Positions 50,540 to 62,273 of a stretch of 64,000 bases of DNA are shown in pieces. Position 1 is the first letter of the stretch. Each line of letters starts with the position of its first letter. Source of the DNA: a virus; IMG/VR virus record IMGVR_UViG_3300035701_000010, positions 1 through 64,000 of that record; one strand, 5' to 3'. Under the pieces are notes generated by a model that had not been told where the DNA came from, did not search any database, and saw only the letters and a list, made by a program, of their open reading frames with translations. A program made the position numbers and the translations under genes.

Positions 50540-52621
50540 ACCATAGGCTTTCTGTGAAAGCTTTGAGTCTACAAGTTAACAAATCGCATAGGTTCTCTGT
50601 TTACCACTTCTAATTTTTCTCTAGTTCTAGATTCATTCAAGGTGGCAAGAGTGGCCGCACAGGTGGATAGGGCAACGGCATCGCGTCTAATATCGTCTGC
50701 ACGCAGATACATCCTGATATTATTTTTCCCTTCCATATCTTTTCTCACTTCAGAAACTCTTGCTTCTCTTACTTCAGAGAGATGTCTTGAAATACTTTCT
50801 ATCAGAAGTCCGACAGCCATGTTTGCCGTGAAAATCATCGCTTCGAAATCTAACTTCGCAACATCGGCACATAAATCATTCTTTGTATTGTTCATTTTTT
50901 GTCCTCCTCTAATTCTTTTTTAGCCATTTCATGGAGTGTGGGTTGAAGAGCCGCCCCGATGTTATGAAGCTGCTCTATGGTCGGCGCAGGATGATCTATT
51001 AATTTTTCTAATCCTGCACTGTGAATACAAGGTCCGCAAATGTTAAATTGATTTGAGAGAAAGATGGTGTTGATAAAGAGAGGAATTTTTAGATCAGAAT
51101 GTAAATTTTTAAAAAGTGTCTTGACAGTCTCCTCTCCAAACTGTTCTTTCACCACATTCAAAATAAAGGTGAATATTGGTAAATCTTTTTCTGTCATGAA
51201 CTTTTTGATCTTGGTATGAAATTCAGGATCAAAAAAGTGGGTGGGTTCGTCAATGAGGGAAAGTTTTTCCAGAGTGATTGCCATCTTGAGATAGAAGTCT
51301 CTTACATCTATTCCCTCTTTTTTGCAACAGAAACATTTAGGAGCATTGAAGACAAATTCTTCCTTACGGCTTCTGTTCATCTTACGATCTTTTTTCTGCT
51401 CCGCTTTGATTTCTGGGGTGACTTTCTTTTGAATTTGTTCTTTTATGAACTTCTCATTCAAAGCTGCTGCTTCAGGGTGAATTTTGCAGATGCGATCCTT
51501 TGGATTGATCGGAACTGTAGATCGTCGATTGAGTACATGACCACAAAGTGAACAGGTTACGGTTTTTGGTCTAAACAATCCTTTCTTTTCCATCTCGTCC
51601 TCCTTTTATTATATAGGATCAAACCCATAAACTTCTTTTACAAGGTATCTCATTTCTTGAATAAGGAAATATTTCCGGGCTACATCAGACGGAACTTTTT
51701 TGGGATAATCTCCTATCTGGATCATACTTCCTATCCTCCAGCATGGACAAATGGTTGTGATATGAAATTGATGAAAGAATTGCGTTTCGTCATAACCTGA
51801 TAGGAAGTTGACTAGGTTAGAAAGTCCTAGGCATGTGGCTTTGCATAATCTATCTCTATCCCAAGATGTAATTAGCTGATGCCATTTTTGAAATGGACAT
51901 GTAGAAAGGAATTCAGAATCTTTTTTAGTAGCAACAAACCATTCTCTGGCTAGTTGATCTCTTTCTTTAAGAACACTGTCTATAGCCTCTCGTATTTCTA
52001 TATATTTCACTTCCATCTTATCCCTCCTCATCAGTTTAGAAGAATAGCGGCCATGATCCAGAATCCTAACCAGAACCATGCTTGTCTTCTTGCCATAAGT
52101 CACCTCCTTTTAAGAGATTATAGTTTATTTCTCAGTCCTTTCGATGTCTATGTAAAATCTTTTTTTGTCATCCGATGTATAAGCACTCAAGATTACCCAT
52201 TTAATAACAGGATTAGAAAATATTTCAATTTCTGCGTCCATCGGAACCTCTGCCAAATCTTGAAGTAACTCTTTTTTGTTCATCTTTACTCCTTTTATTC
52301 GTCATCTTTGTCTTCTGGCTGAACAGATTTGGGACTGTCAAATCGTAGGTTGGCTGTGAATCCTATTGCAGATTCACGTCTCAGAACGGCTCTTACAAAA
52401 GCCAGATTAGTACGAAAAATTTCCACGCTGCCATCCTTATTGGTCAATCCAGGACGTCCCAAATACCTTTCCACATCCCCTTGTCGTCTAGCGCAATGAA
52501 TACACTGGTTGAAAAATCCGATCTTTTGTTTCATTTTTTCATCAGGATCAAACTCTTCATCGCAATCCCTACACTTCAAATGCATCATCACCCCCCTGTC
52601 ATAAAAGGTTAGCTATGGGTA

Positions 52622-52656
52622 ACTATACCATAGCGAATTAGATGATGCCAGCAAAA
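52622..52656 (-). promoter_or_regulatory. Promoter with TTTTGCTGGCATCA upstream motif
   Basis: TGGCAT-N17-TATAGT, preceded by TGG. Confidence 0.65.
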
Positions 52657-54289
52657 TACTACCCTATTCCCTACCAGCCATACCACTCAAAAGGAAAAGC
52701 TTTTTTCCTGAGTTCACTATCTTTCTTCCTATCTCTCTTCCTAAAGGCTTCAACATCTACTTTTTCTAGGTTAGAATGAGTTTCGAAATAACAATCTGCT
52801 GCGAGCTCAAAAACATCAGATCGTTTGATACTTTTAGACATGTCTGGTCTTCCCATTTCGTCAGATAGAATCTCATCGCCAATGGCTTGCCAGACTGCTC
52901 TCAAGCCGCGAATCCATCGCTCTTCTTGCGTAATCCCTTTCATTTCAAAGCTCTTTTTAATTTTTGCTTTCATTTTTCACCTCCTATCTATTTCTTACTG
53001 CTTTGATAATCCATGCCCCGTCTTTGAGAGTAATGTCTTGTTCGGAAAGACCCCAAATCGCTTGCCTTTTTTCATAAACTCCAAGAAGATGAGTTTTGAC
53101 TCCTTCCGTTCCATGAACTAGAATTTCACTTTTCATGGAAGCTCTCTTAAGTTTCTTGATCAATTCTTCTGCCGTCATTTTTCACCTCGCTTTTCTGCTT
53201 TAAGAATTTCTTCCCAAACATCTTCTCCAAGCCCTTCTGCTGAAGAATAGTTACCATCGGTGTAATAGTTGTGTTCTGGATCTGCATCGAGATCTTCTAT
53301 ATCAAAATCTATCTTGTGTCCGATGCTCCAGAAGCAGATAATCTCACCATCATCATTAGTCAGGGTAAGTTTCACTTTGCTTATCCTCCTCTAATTCTAG
53401 AACACAAAAGATGGTTTGATGACAAAATTGACATTCTTTTTCTATCACGGTTAATGGTTCTGTTGACTTATCCAAGATAAAGATATTGGATTTTGAGCAA
53501 TGAGGGCAACTAGTGACGAAAGTTATGCCACTCGTTTCAGTAGATTGAACAGTTTGTTTTTCAGGAATCTTCATTTCATACCTCCAATTTTTTAAATCCC
53601 ATTGTGGTGAGAAAAGCTTCTCCTAACGTTTCTTGAAATGAAGAGACCAACAGCCTGTAGAATGCTGGAGTATGGCTTGCTTCCATTTGCCAGATGGTAC
53701 CGTCGTCTTCTGCTTCAGGATTCAAATGAATCTCCATTCCCTGAGCATCGGCTATGAGAAAATAGTTTTTGCCTTCACCAATTAAGGGATCAGAGTCTGG
53801 TTCTTTAAACCTTTCTGCTCCAGCAAAGGCATACCAATCCGTTTTATCAAATTCTTTAAGATCCATCATAGTCCTCCTTTCAGATTATCATCATCTAAGG
53901 CATTTCTTCTTCAAATTGCTCTTCTTTAAAAAGGATTGCTTCGCAGCCACAATAGAAATATTTTTGCTTTTTGGTCAATATAGAACCATCGATACATTGA
54001 TACTCGTCATCAAAAACTTCCATACAGACATTGTTTGGATAAAACTTTCCACAGTTCCAACACCAGAATCCAGATCCGCCACAGAGTTGTTTTTGATGTT
54101 TGTGGATAAATTCAGTGTTCGCCTTAGCACAGTCCGGACCCGTCTTTGTACACTCGCAAAAGTAATTCAGATCTTTACTTCCTGGACCGCAATGCGATCT
54201 TATCCACCATTCTTTTGGATCTTTGATTTGTTTTTCAATATACCAATTAACGATAAGACCTTGGTCATTTTTAAAATTTCCCTTTCTCA

Positions 54290-54469
54290 TTACTTCCTCC
54301 CTCTTTCAATGTTCATGATCTCTGCCATCGCCATAAGATGGGCTACTAATCCCCTTCCTTTTGGAGGGGGCGTTGAACGATGCTCTGTTTATCTATGCCT
54401 GTTCTTTTCACGTTTCAATGCAGAAGCTTTCCGTTCTTCAAACGTTCCTCGACGCTTCGCTTGTCCCAT
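54290..54469 (-). pseudogene. MGQAKRRGTFEERKA-type small gene interrupted by an in-frame TAA
   Basis: TAA at codon 27 (54389-54391); frame continues 32 more codons to a TAATG overlap with the next gene. Confidence 0.45.
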
Positions 54470-56653
54470 TTAAAATGGTCACCTCCTTTTAATATTCTAC
54501 ATCCACGTTTGCCGCCCCATATTCCTGGCATCGCTTGCATTTTACACGATGTTTTGATTCAAAAGCTTCTCCAATTTCATCGGTGGGTGCGCCCATCGCT
54601 TGGGTCATTGGATCGTTTAGTAACGTATCCCAGAATTTTCTCACTTCTGGACACCCTGGGTCTACTGGAGTTATCCATCTTGCCATCTTAGTCTCCTTTT
54701 CTGTTTTTCTTGTAGTCTCTGGCCATTTCTTGGCACATCTTTCTTTCTCGTTTAAGGAATTCCTTTTCTTTCTTTTGGTATTCTTTGAAGCTGGCTTTCT
54801 GTTCCTTGGTCCTCACCAATCCATGCTTTTCATAGCATTTTGGATCGCCATACGAAGAACACTTGGGACATTCTTGACAGATGCAGTCATCTGTAAATTT
54901 CCCACAGACTTCGCATGGACGGTCTGGCGGATCAATATCATTCATGCTCACTCCTGGGGGTAAACTCCATCCAAAAATTCCCATAGGTCACCTCCTTTCT
55001 TATTTTTCTTCTGTTAACTCTCGTGTGAGTTGCCTTCTTATATCATCATCAACGGATTGGCCCTCCGGCACTTCGTCATCTTTTTCGTCTGGACTTTCCG
55101 CAGGGTAGAAAGATTTCCATAGATACCCTTCCCATTTGATGTTACACTTTTCACATACCATTTCTACAGAGATGGTATGAGCAGCAGGGAAGAACTCTTC
55201 TTCTTCAACGCACTCTGTTCCACAATAAGGACACAACATAGGTCAACTCCTTTCTTTATTTTCTCTCTTTTCGCCAGCGTTCAATGTATTCCTTTATTTC
55301 TTTTTTGAACGATTTTCTATAGTCCTCCTCTAAATTGGGTTTATCTCCAAAATTCCAAATCTCTATAAGGTCTTCAGCAAATGGATTAGTTTCCATTTCC
55401 GCTGCATAGAGATCAAAGACAGGAAAGAGGATGATTTGGCCAGACAATTCTGTTACGAAATCGAAATCCTCTATTCCTTTCTCGTATCCAGTAACGTATC
55501 TTGGTACTTCAATTCCTACGGTTTTCAGGTAGTCAATAATCCAATCAAAATAGATATCCTGGCAAGAAATATCGCTATCGATCCCCACCTTGTTCAGCCA
55601 ACCTTTTCTGGTGTGATGTTTTTCCAATTCGCGGACTTTGACTTTAAGAAAATCAAAGATTTTGTCCTGGTCCTGAGTAATCTTTTTGATCACAGTTTTT
55701 ACATCCATATCTCAACTCCTTTTTTTATGTTTCCATGGATCACACTTGTCATCACAGATGACCCTATAGAATTCAAGAAGCCCAAACCCGATGTTTTCAT
55801 TAACGACTTCAGAGATGAGCGGACTTTTGCAAGAACAGAACCAGATACGGTTGAAGTGGGCAGGGGCTAGAGTGTCACTGACCATGCAATGTTCTTTCCC
55901 GAAAACGATATGGTGAGCCACACGGTTGTCATCATCAAAGAATCCTTGGTCCAAATCTACAGCGAAGTATCGCCAATGCTTCTTGCATTTTTCACAAATG
56001 ACATCCGATTCAGGATAGAACTCACCATCTCTCAAATATGAACGATCAAGCTTCCATCTGGGCATTATTGTCTCCTATCCTTCTTTATGATTAAAGTCCT
56101 TCTTTTTCAATCCGTTTGAGTTCATCAATAATTTTTGAATATTTCTTGGGGTTTTTGCTTGACAGAATTTTGATGATATAACGGTTGATAAAGCTGGTTT
56201 CATCATGCGTGTTGCCTTCATACTCTACAAGCCTTGTATATTCACAGTAATTGTCCCAAGGGTCATAAATTCCATCATAAAAGATTTCTGACTTCAGCCC
56301 GTCGAAGTCGGCTCGCGCAAAGGTATCTCCATAGTTGATGATGGCTTTGTTGATGAACGGTCTATACTTCTTGGTCAGATTCATCACGACCTGAAGTTGC
56401 TCTGATCGTTTCCTAACGTTAATCAGCATGATTGTCTCCTTTTAATACTCGCCGCCGTTTTCCCTCTTGTCAGCACATGAATTGCAATAATCGTACTCCG
56501 GTTTGATGATCACTGTTCTACCACATCCAGAACAGACTTTCTTCACTGATTTCAAGTGTGTTTTTCGGTAGAATTTCACCATTTCAGGATCATCCATGTT
56601 TTCCCACACGCCATAATTGTCGTCTATGAATACTCTGCTCATGGTAGTCTCCT

Positions 56654-56682
56654 AAGAAAAGGGCGGACCTTGCGATCCGCCC
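56654..56682 (-). terminator. Intrinsic terminator with GCAA loop
   Basis: GGGCGGAUC-GCAA-GGUCCGCCC-UUUUCUU. Confidence 0.8.
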
Positions 56683-57966
56683 CCGATTCTATGGTAGATC
56701 TTGTTTACTTCTCGGTCAGCACCACCGTCACTTCATCAGGGATTTCCATGCCCTTTTTGAAGTACAGATTGCCGACCACTCCCTGCTCCATGTCCTCGAT
56801 GATGTAGGGGTGATAGCGTTTGCTGTCCACGCCCTTGTACTTCATGTTGACGGTCAGGGTGCTCTTGCCTTTCTTCGCCGGTGTTTTCTCAGCCATTTCT
56901 CTTCTCCTTTATCATTGTTTGTTTCAACATAACTCCACCTTAAGACTCTTCTTCACGCTCTCTGTTGGTTTCTTCCTATCGGGTTACTGGTTCGTCACCT
57001 CCTTTCTAGCCCTGATACTTCGGGTCAGGGTTTGGAATTTCAGTCGCGCTTAAGTAATAGATCTTCTTCAATTCCTCCTTTGTCTCACAAGAATAGAATG
57101 TAATGGGGACCCACTCGTCATCCAAATTCGGCTGAATATGACTAGTCGAAAAGAAGAAACGTTCTGTTTCTTCGGAACCACCATCCGCAAAAACAATCAA
57201 TCTCATCTTACTTCTCCTTTCTATGCAAGGTTCACCTTGGTGTGACACCCTGCTCCTTTCTTTCTCCAAATGAGTTTGCTCGCTACCCATTCCAAAAGGC
57301 GATAGTAGAGTTTGTACCGCCCCCTGAAAGGTCCGTATGTTTGACACATGAGCTCTGTAAGGTCCAACAGAGCCATCTCCATACTCTCTTCGAGACTCTG
57401 TTGGTCGTCAGACCAGAGTGGCTTATTGGGATCAGGATCTTTCCATGCATCTGTTTCCCACGGGTCTTTGGTTTTCAAAAATTGGGCGATGGCTTCATCC
57501 CGCTCTTCCTCGCTGATGAGCCCGCTTAGACAGGCCCAATCCGCGTCAATCCGTTCTCCACCTGGATCCAATCCAATTCTTCCCATCTTTATCCTCCTCT
57601 TAAGGGTGTATTCTTTTCCTGCTCTTTAGCATCGCAAAGAGATTCTCCTCCTCTCCAAAGCTAATGTATCCCATTTCTGCCATCATCTTGAGTTGACTCT
57701 CCAGGTCGTAGACCGATCCCTCCGTCAAGCATTGTCTAACCGCTTTCTGTTCTCTCACCCTCTTTTTGAGGTCTTCAAGAATCTCATGCTTCGCTCCTTC
57801 CGATAGACTCAGAATTCTTCCCATGTGTCTCCTCCTCTCTTTCCAGTTCTCTTCGAACAAATCTTCTTCTCTTCATTTCCCCTTACTTCCCCTTGACTGT
57901 GATGTGATTAACCTCCTTGGGTGACCATAAGGGTGAAGGGGTAGGGGTAAAGTGAAGTAGATAAGA

Positions 57967-58090
57967 GTCTACAGATTTCCGTAAGGGTTGTACTCGGTGT
58001 CCGGCTAGAAACAGATGGGGCGTTAGGAGACTGATGATCAGGTCTACGGATTGTTGAGGGGGTTGCGCTCGGTGTCCGGCTAGAAACAGA
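57967..58090. repeat. Two ~49-bp direct repeats, 75-bp period, identical 23-bp core CTCGGTGTCCGGCTAGAAACAGA
   Basis: Cores at 57993-58015 and 58068-58090. Confidence 0.85.
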
Positions 58091-58379
58091 GAAAAGATCG
58101 GAAACGTGGAGGGACCTCGAATTCCTGATTCTAGGGATTCCCCTGTGGAATCTATTCCATCGTTTCTTGCAGGATTAGAAGTTAAAGAAAAGAGAAACGA
58201 AAAAGTCAGAGTCTGTCCTTTCGCTTCAACGGCCAGTACGCCCAGGGTTATTTTTCGTTTTTTCTTCAGGTTCATGATCAATCTAAAAGGGGTGGATAGG
58301 GTCAATGGGTGAGATAGGTCCCAGTTCTTGGGGGGTAATGAAAAAATGAACTTATGTTTCGGGATTCGCATATGGCTCC

Positions 58380-58413
58380 AAAAAAGTCGGGTGGACCTTG
58401 CGATCCACCCGAC
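58380..58413 (-). terminator. Intrinsic terminator with GCAA loop
   Basis: GUCGGGUGGAUC-GCAA-GGUCCACCCGAC-UUUUUU; same core as 56654-56682. Confidence 0.85.
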
Positions 58414-58431
58414 GGGTTGCGAAACGTGGAA

Positions 58432-59034
58432 CTACTTGCTGGCGACGAGGGCGACGGCCTTCCTGATCGCCTTGGCTGGAGTCTTGGCCGCTTTCTTCTC
58501 GACCAACTCCGCTTTCACTGCCTTCCCCTCTCGCTTGAGGGCGGTCTTCTTGACGCCTGCCTCATCCGAGGCTTTGGCCATTCTGGCTTTCGCGGCGGCG
58601 GCTTTCTTGACCAGACCAGCCTCGTCCTCACGTCCCTTGTAGAGGGACGTATGGTAATCGGCACGAGTCATCGGGTCGTTGGCCCGACCAATGAGCATCT
58701 CAGCCGTGACCTTGTCGAAGGGGACTTGGCTCAGATCATCCCATTTCCCGCCGCTGATCTGGAAGATGCGCTTCCGATCCTTGCCCTTCCCTTCGTACAT
58801 GGGGCGAGTGATGATCGCATTGCCGTCACTCCGAGCGGAGAACAGAAGACCCCGCCCGTCCTTGACCTGGATGGCCCCATGAGCATTTTCAACCAGCGTC
58901 AATCCCTTCACCTTGGTGAGAACGCTGTTGAAAATCTTTCGGATGTTGGTATAATCCGGAGCCACTTTGACCGCGACGGTCTTCATGACCTTCTTGGTCG
59001 CCTCTACCGATTTGACACTGTTTGCCTTAGCCAT
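58432..59034 (-). CDS. Lys/Ala-rich basic protein (histone H1-like tail)
   Basis: AGGAGG RBS, GC3-rich codons, KKAAKTPAKA-type tail, followed by terminator. Confidence 0.8.
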   Translation of the reverse strand: MAKANSVKSVEATKKVMKTVAVKVAPDYTNIRKIFNSVLTKVKGLTLVENAHGAIQVKDGRGLLFSARSDGNAIITRPMYEGKGKDRKRIFQISGGKWDDLSQVPFDKVTAEMLIGRANDPMTRADYHTSLYKGREDEAGLVKKAAAAKARMAKASDEAGVKKTALKREGKAVKAELVEKKAAKTPAKAIRKAVALVASK

Positions 59035-59387
59035 GAGAATTCCTCCTTCTTGGCTTTCTTAAGTCCAGCCATCTCTTTACGAATGGCTGTCATCGGGGGC
59101 CTCCACGTCTTCTTAAGTGCCTTGGTCAAGTCAGCCCTTAACTTGTCCTTGGGTCGGTCAATCCCATACGTTTGACGGTATAGGGCGACCGATGTCTCTA
59201 GGTCTTCCATGAACATTTCCTCAGTCCTCGCGACGACCCAAACCCGCCAGAAATCTTGATCCCCCTCCCGAGCGATGATGTCTCTGGCGTCTCTGGTATC
59301 TTGGCTGGTCGCAAACATCCGACTCCAGCCTCCATTCCTCTCCAACGCTTTGATTACGCTGAGCGTTGGACTTGGGTAGTCGCTCAT
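59004..59387 (-). CDS. Hypothetical protein preceded by a 10-codon leader ORF (59384-59416)
   Basis: AGGAGG RBS; ATGA overlap with MVKQERRWLL*. Confidence 0.7.
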   Translation of the reverse strand: MSDYPSPTLSVIKALERNGGWSRMFATSQDTRDARDIIAREGDQDFWRVWVVARTEEMFMEDLETSVALYRQTYGIDRPKDKLRADLTKALKKTWRPPMTAIRKEMAGLKKAKKEEFSWLRQTVSNR

Positions 59388-59461
59388 AACAACCACCTCC
59401 TTTCTTGTTTGACCATTGCGCTCCTCCTGTATCCTCGCTGCCTTGCTTATGCCCTATACAC

Positions 59462-59477
59462 TGCAAACACCATGCCA
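59462..59477 (-). promoter_or_regulatory. sigma54-like -24/-12 promoter
   Basis: TGGCATG-GTGT-TTGCA versus consensus TGGCACG-N4-TTGCW; IHF-like site AACCAATAGGTTA at 59504-59516. Confidence 0.55.
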
Positions 59478-59607
59478 ATTGATGAACGCTGATATCTTAT
59501 TCATAACCTATTGGTTTTATTGCCTTTTTTAAGTCCTTAAAACATCGCTGTTTATTGAGGGCTTAAAGATGTGTTAATAGTGCCGCACTTGCCTATTCAT
59601 TGGGTAT

Positions 59608-59636
59608 ATTTTACCACAACGAGAGGCTTGACGCAA
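59608..59636 (-). promoter_or_regulatory. sigma70-type promoter
   Basis: TTGCGT-N17-TAAAAT, preceded by TGTGG. Confidence 0.7.
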
Positions 59637-59909
59637 GCAAAAAGTACTCGGTTTCCTTTGCTGGCAGTTTTGGCCTATGGACTGGACGTGATAGGGAATC
59701 CACGAACAAAAAACTCATTGTCTTTCATGTTATAGGAAACAGATAGAAGTTTTTTCATTTGGCCACGGCTGGGGGGAGTAGCAAACGATGGGAACGCACG
59801 AGGGGCGAGGGGTGTACGAATAAGTCAGAGATTCTCATGTGCCCTCAGGTTCTGGCCCTCTAGTTCTGAGATGAAACGCAGGTTCAAAAAGTAGGAATTG
59901 GAAAGAGAT

Positions 59910-60062
59910 TAGACCACGCCGTTCCGCCGTCAACGAATAGGATTAGGAAACGCAGAACGTGGAATAGGAAAAAGGGGAAGCCCTGAAAAATCGCGAACTC
60001 GCGAAATGAGGAAACCCCCGCCCCCTCGATGATAATAGACTACACCGTTCCGCCGTCAACGA
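59910..60062 (-). repeat. Two 27-bp repeats TAGACYACRCCGTTCCGCCGTCAACGA, likely duplicated promoters
   Basis: Copies at 59910-59936 and 60036-60062; minus strand reads TTGACG-N16-TAATCT and TTGACG-N16-TATTAT. Confidence 0.7.
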
Positions 60063-60074
60063 TTTATAGGGGCA

Positions 60075-60131
60075 TCTAGCCCTTTAGTCTCCCCAGAACC
60101 CTTTCAAATTCTGGGGAGGTAAAAGGTTAGA
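60075..60131. terminator. Long hairpin after the 60134-60316 gene
   Basis: CTCCCCAGAA / TTCTGGGGAG 10-bp core extended with mismatches. Confidence 0.55.
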
Positions 60132-60133
60132 AA

Positions 60134-61534
60134 CTAGCCTTTGATCTCAGGGTCAAAATGTTGGGGTTGCTTATTCTTGTATTCTTTTTCGAGTTCTGAG
60201 AGATATGGACAGTCATCGTCGTGTTGGCTGAATGCAACTTCTGCCTCATATTCATCTCGACCTTTAAATTCTTTTCCGCATTCTTTACATCTGAAAATGA
60301 TCATAGTTGTCTCCATCTAATTCTTGTTTGTCAGTTCAGCAAAGAGTTCCTGAATCACAGCCCCTTTGAACTCATTCTTGCCACAGATGTACGAAGGTCC
60401 CATCACTCGCATGGCTTCTCTAACGTACTTCTTAACATGCGGATTGATCTTACCTTCTCCACATCTTCCCTTCTCTCTAGAGAAGGCTCTACATTGTCTG
60501 CATTTTACTATCATAAGTCACCTCCTATAGTTCATTTTTGCCACAGACTGTCGGATAACGTTTTTCAAGAATGGCTATGGCTTCTACAATGGCTTCTTTG
60601 AAGGTAAGGATCGCATTCTTATCTATCCTTACCTTATCACCACATCGGCTAGAGATTTCAATAGCGAGGTCTCCAGGGCGATCAATGACTTTGATTACTC
60701 CATAGGTCAGCCTGTTCCCTTCACGCTCTGTAGATGGCCCAACGGCATAGATAATCTCTTCTATGCACGCCACTTCATTGCCAATACAATTGACTAGTTC
60801 AGTTGAAGTGATTAGTCCTACGTGATGCTGCTCGCAGAACCGTTTGATGTTCGTGATCGCTTGCTTATTAGGATCTTTGTTTACCATAAATCTTCTCCTT
60901 GAGCAGTTTAATGTCATGCTCAGGACGGTTAAGGGTTAATAGTAGCACGACACCTTGCTGGTTTCAAAATCAATGCCTCTAAACATTTTGCATTTGTAAT
61001 TAGTGAAGAGTGGCTGATCGTGTGGAGCAACGCTCATGCCTCTGCAAATGCAATCTTGCATACTTTCTACAAGCCAATCAGGTTGCGGTTGAAACAGTCC
61101 AACAGGGCAGTCATTCCAATCAGTGCAGATGGCTATGCTGCTGTCATCAACTCGGATATACGCCTTTATTATCGCCATAGTTACCACCCCCTTAGTGTGT
61201 CTGCAGAAACGCCGAATTTGTCAAATTGAAGTATGATTTCCTTTCCTTCAAAAGTCTTGCCTGTGTTGATTCTGGTTCGTTGAATAGCTTCCGTGACTGC
61301 CTTACAAGAAGGCAATCCCCTAAACCCAGTCCTTCCAGATTGACGCCATTTGCCGACTACCCAAATGTAGATGATTGGATAGCCGTAGCCTTCTTTGCCG
61401 TCAGACACAACGGCCTTGAGGATACATGGGTTGTCCTTGCTAGGATCACATCCCCCATATTCCTCTTTGACAATCTTGTCAATGATGCTGATCATAAGAT
61501 TGTCAGCCTGTGTGGGGTTCATCAAATCGCACAT
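60134..61534 (-). other. Five small hypothetical ORFs (several Cys-rich)
   Basis: ORF track, RBS present. Confidence 0.6.
60894..60938 (-). repeat. 45-bp intergenic repeat, copy 1 (stop codon + pseudoknot + RBS)
   Basis: Identical to 63006-63050: TAACCCTTAACCGTCCTGAGCATGACATTAAACTGCTCAAGGAGA. Confidence 0.9.
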
Positions 61535-61550
61535 AGATGTCTCCTAATTT

Positions 61551-61570
61551 GGGGAGCCCGAAGGCTCCCC
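61551..61570 (-). terminator. UUCG-tetraloop hairpin without U-tract
   Basis: GGGGAGCC-UUCG-GGCUCCCC directly after the 61581 stop. Confidence 0.55.
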
Positions 61571-61580
61571 GGAAAGTTGG

Positions 61581-62273
61581 TTAGTTACCGGCAACTGCCT
61601 CAACCGCTGCCAGAATAGCAGGGGTAGCGGTTGCAACGACCTTAGCCTTTTTCTTGGCCTTGGGTTTGGCCGTTTGCTTGGCCAACTGCATTTTGATTGC
61701 AGCGAGCTCATTCTCTACTCTCTTACGGCGGGCCTCCAAGTCCTCCGGTTGAGCCTTGCCAGCCTGAGCTCTCGGTGCAAAGCCAAGCTGTTTCGCCCAT
61801 GCGGTCGAAGCCACCTTGTCCTTCAAGGCTTTTCTAAACGCCTTGTCCAGATTGGGGTCGTCATATTTCAGGATGGTGACATACACCCAACGTCCAGGAG
61901 CCTGAGCACCAAAGCCGAGTTCCGATTGCGGAAGGTAGGCAACGATGTCGTTCGATCTCACTGCCACCTTGATCCCAACTCCGGTAAACGCTTGAAGTGC
62001 GCCAAGCCCAGACTTGGAATCGGCCTTGGCAGAAACTCTGCGTGGAGGAGCCATCTTCAACTCCTTGCAGATGTCAATCAGGATCTGCTCTGCCCTTTGG
62101 CGACCAGTCAACGGAGTCACATCCTTCTTGGCCTTGGGCTTGGGAGTTCCCTTGGCAATCGCTCTGGTTTTCGCGATCAGTTCCGGATTGCTCTTTTTCG
62201 TGGCTTCGTAGTCTGCGGTCATCTTCGTAGCCATTTCCTCAGCCGTCATTTCCTTGCCATTAAGATCTACCAT
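61581..62273 (-). CDS. Lys/Ala-rich basic protein, paralog A
   Basis: Shares SKSG-x-GA-x-QA...KVAVR-x2-DIV-x-Y-x-PQ-x2-LG-x-G...WVY...DD-x2-L-x-KAFRKALKD...WAK-x-LGFA with 63420-63911. Confidence 0.85.
   Translation of the reverse strand: MVDLNGKEMTAEEMATKMTADYEATKKSNPELIAKTRAIAKGTPKPKAKKDVTPLTGRQRAEQILIDICKELKMAPPRRVSAKADSKSGLGALQAFTGVGIKVAVRSNDIVAYLPQSELGFGAQAPGRWVYVTILKYDDPNLDKAFRKALKDKVASTAWAKQLGFAPRAQAGKAQPEDLEARRKRVENELAAIKMQLAKQTAKPKAKKKAKVVATATPAILAAVEAVAGN

Larger units (their letters stand above)
48078..57860 (-). other. Long array of ~30 small hypothetical ORFs (many Cys-rich/Zn-ribbon; lipoprotein at 48982-49248; TM protein near 48810-48960)
   Basis: Dense minus-strand ORFs with strong AGGAGG RBS; typical phage early/accessory region. 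Confidence 0.65.

Noticed and set aside
57883-58371. 162-aa minus-strand ORF
   Set aside because: No clear RBS, starts just past a terminator, atypical composition, spans DNA repeats; more likely non-coding
58354-59175. 273-aa plus-strand ORF (also 53769-54473 and 61674-62297)
   Set aside because: Antisense to minus-strand genes with strong RBS and coherent codon bias
57967-60062. Paired repeats as CRISPR arrays
   Set aside because: Only two copies each, spacers partly conserved or too long, no cas genes
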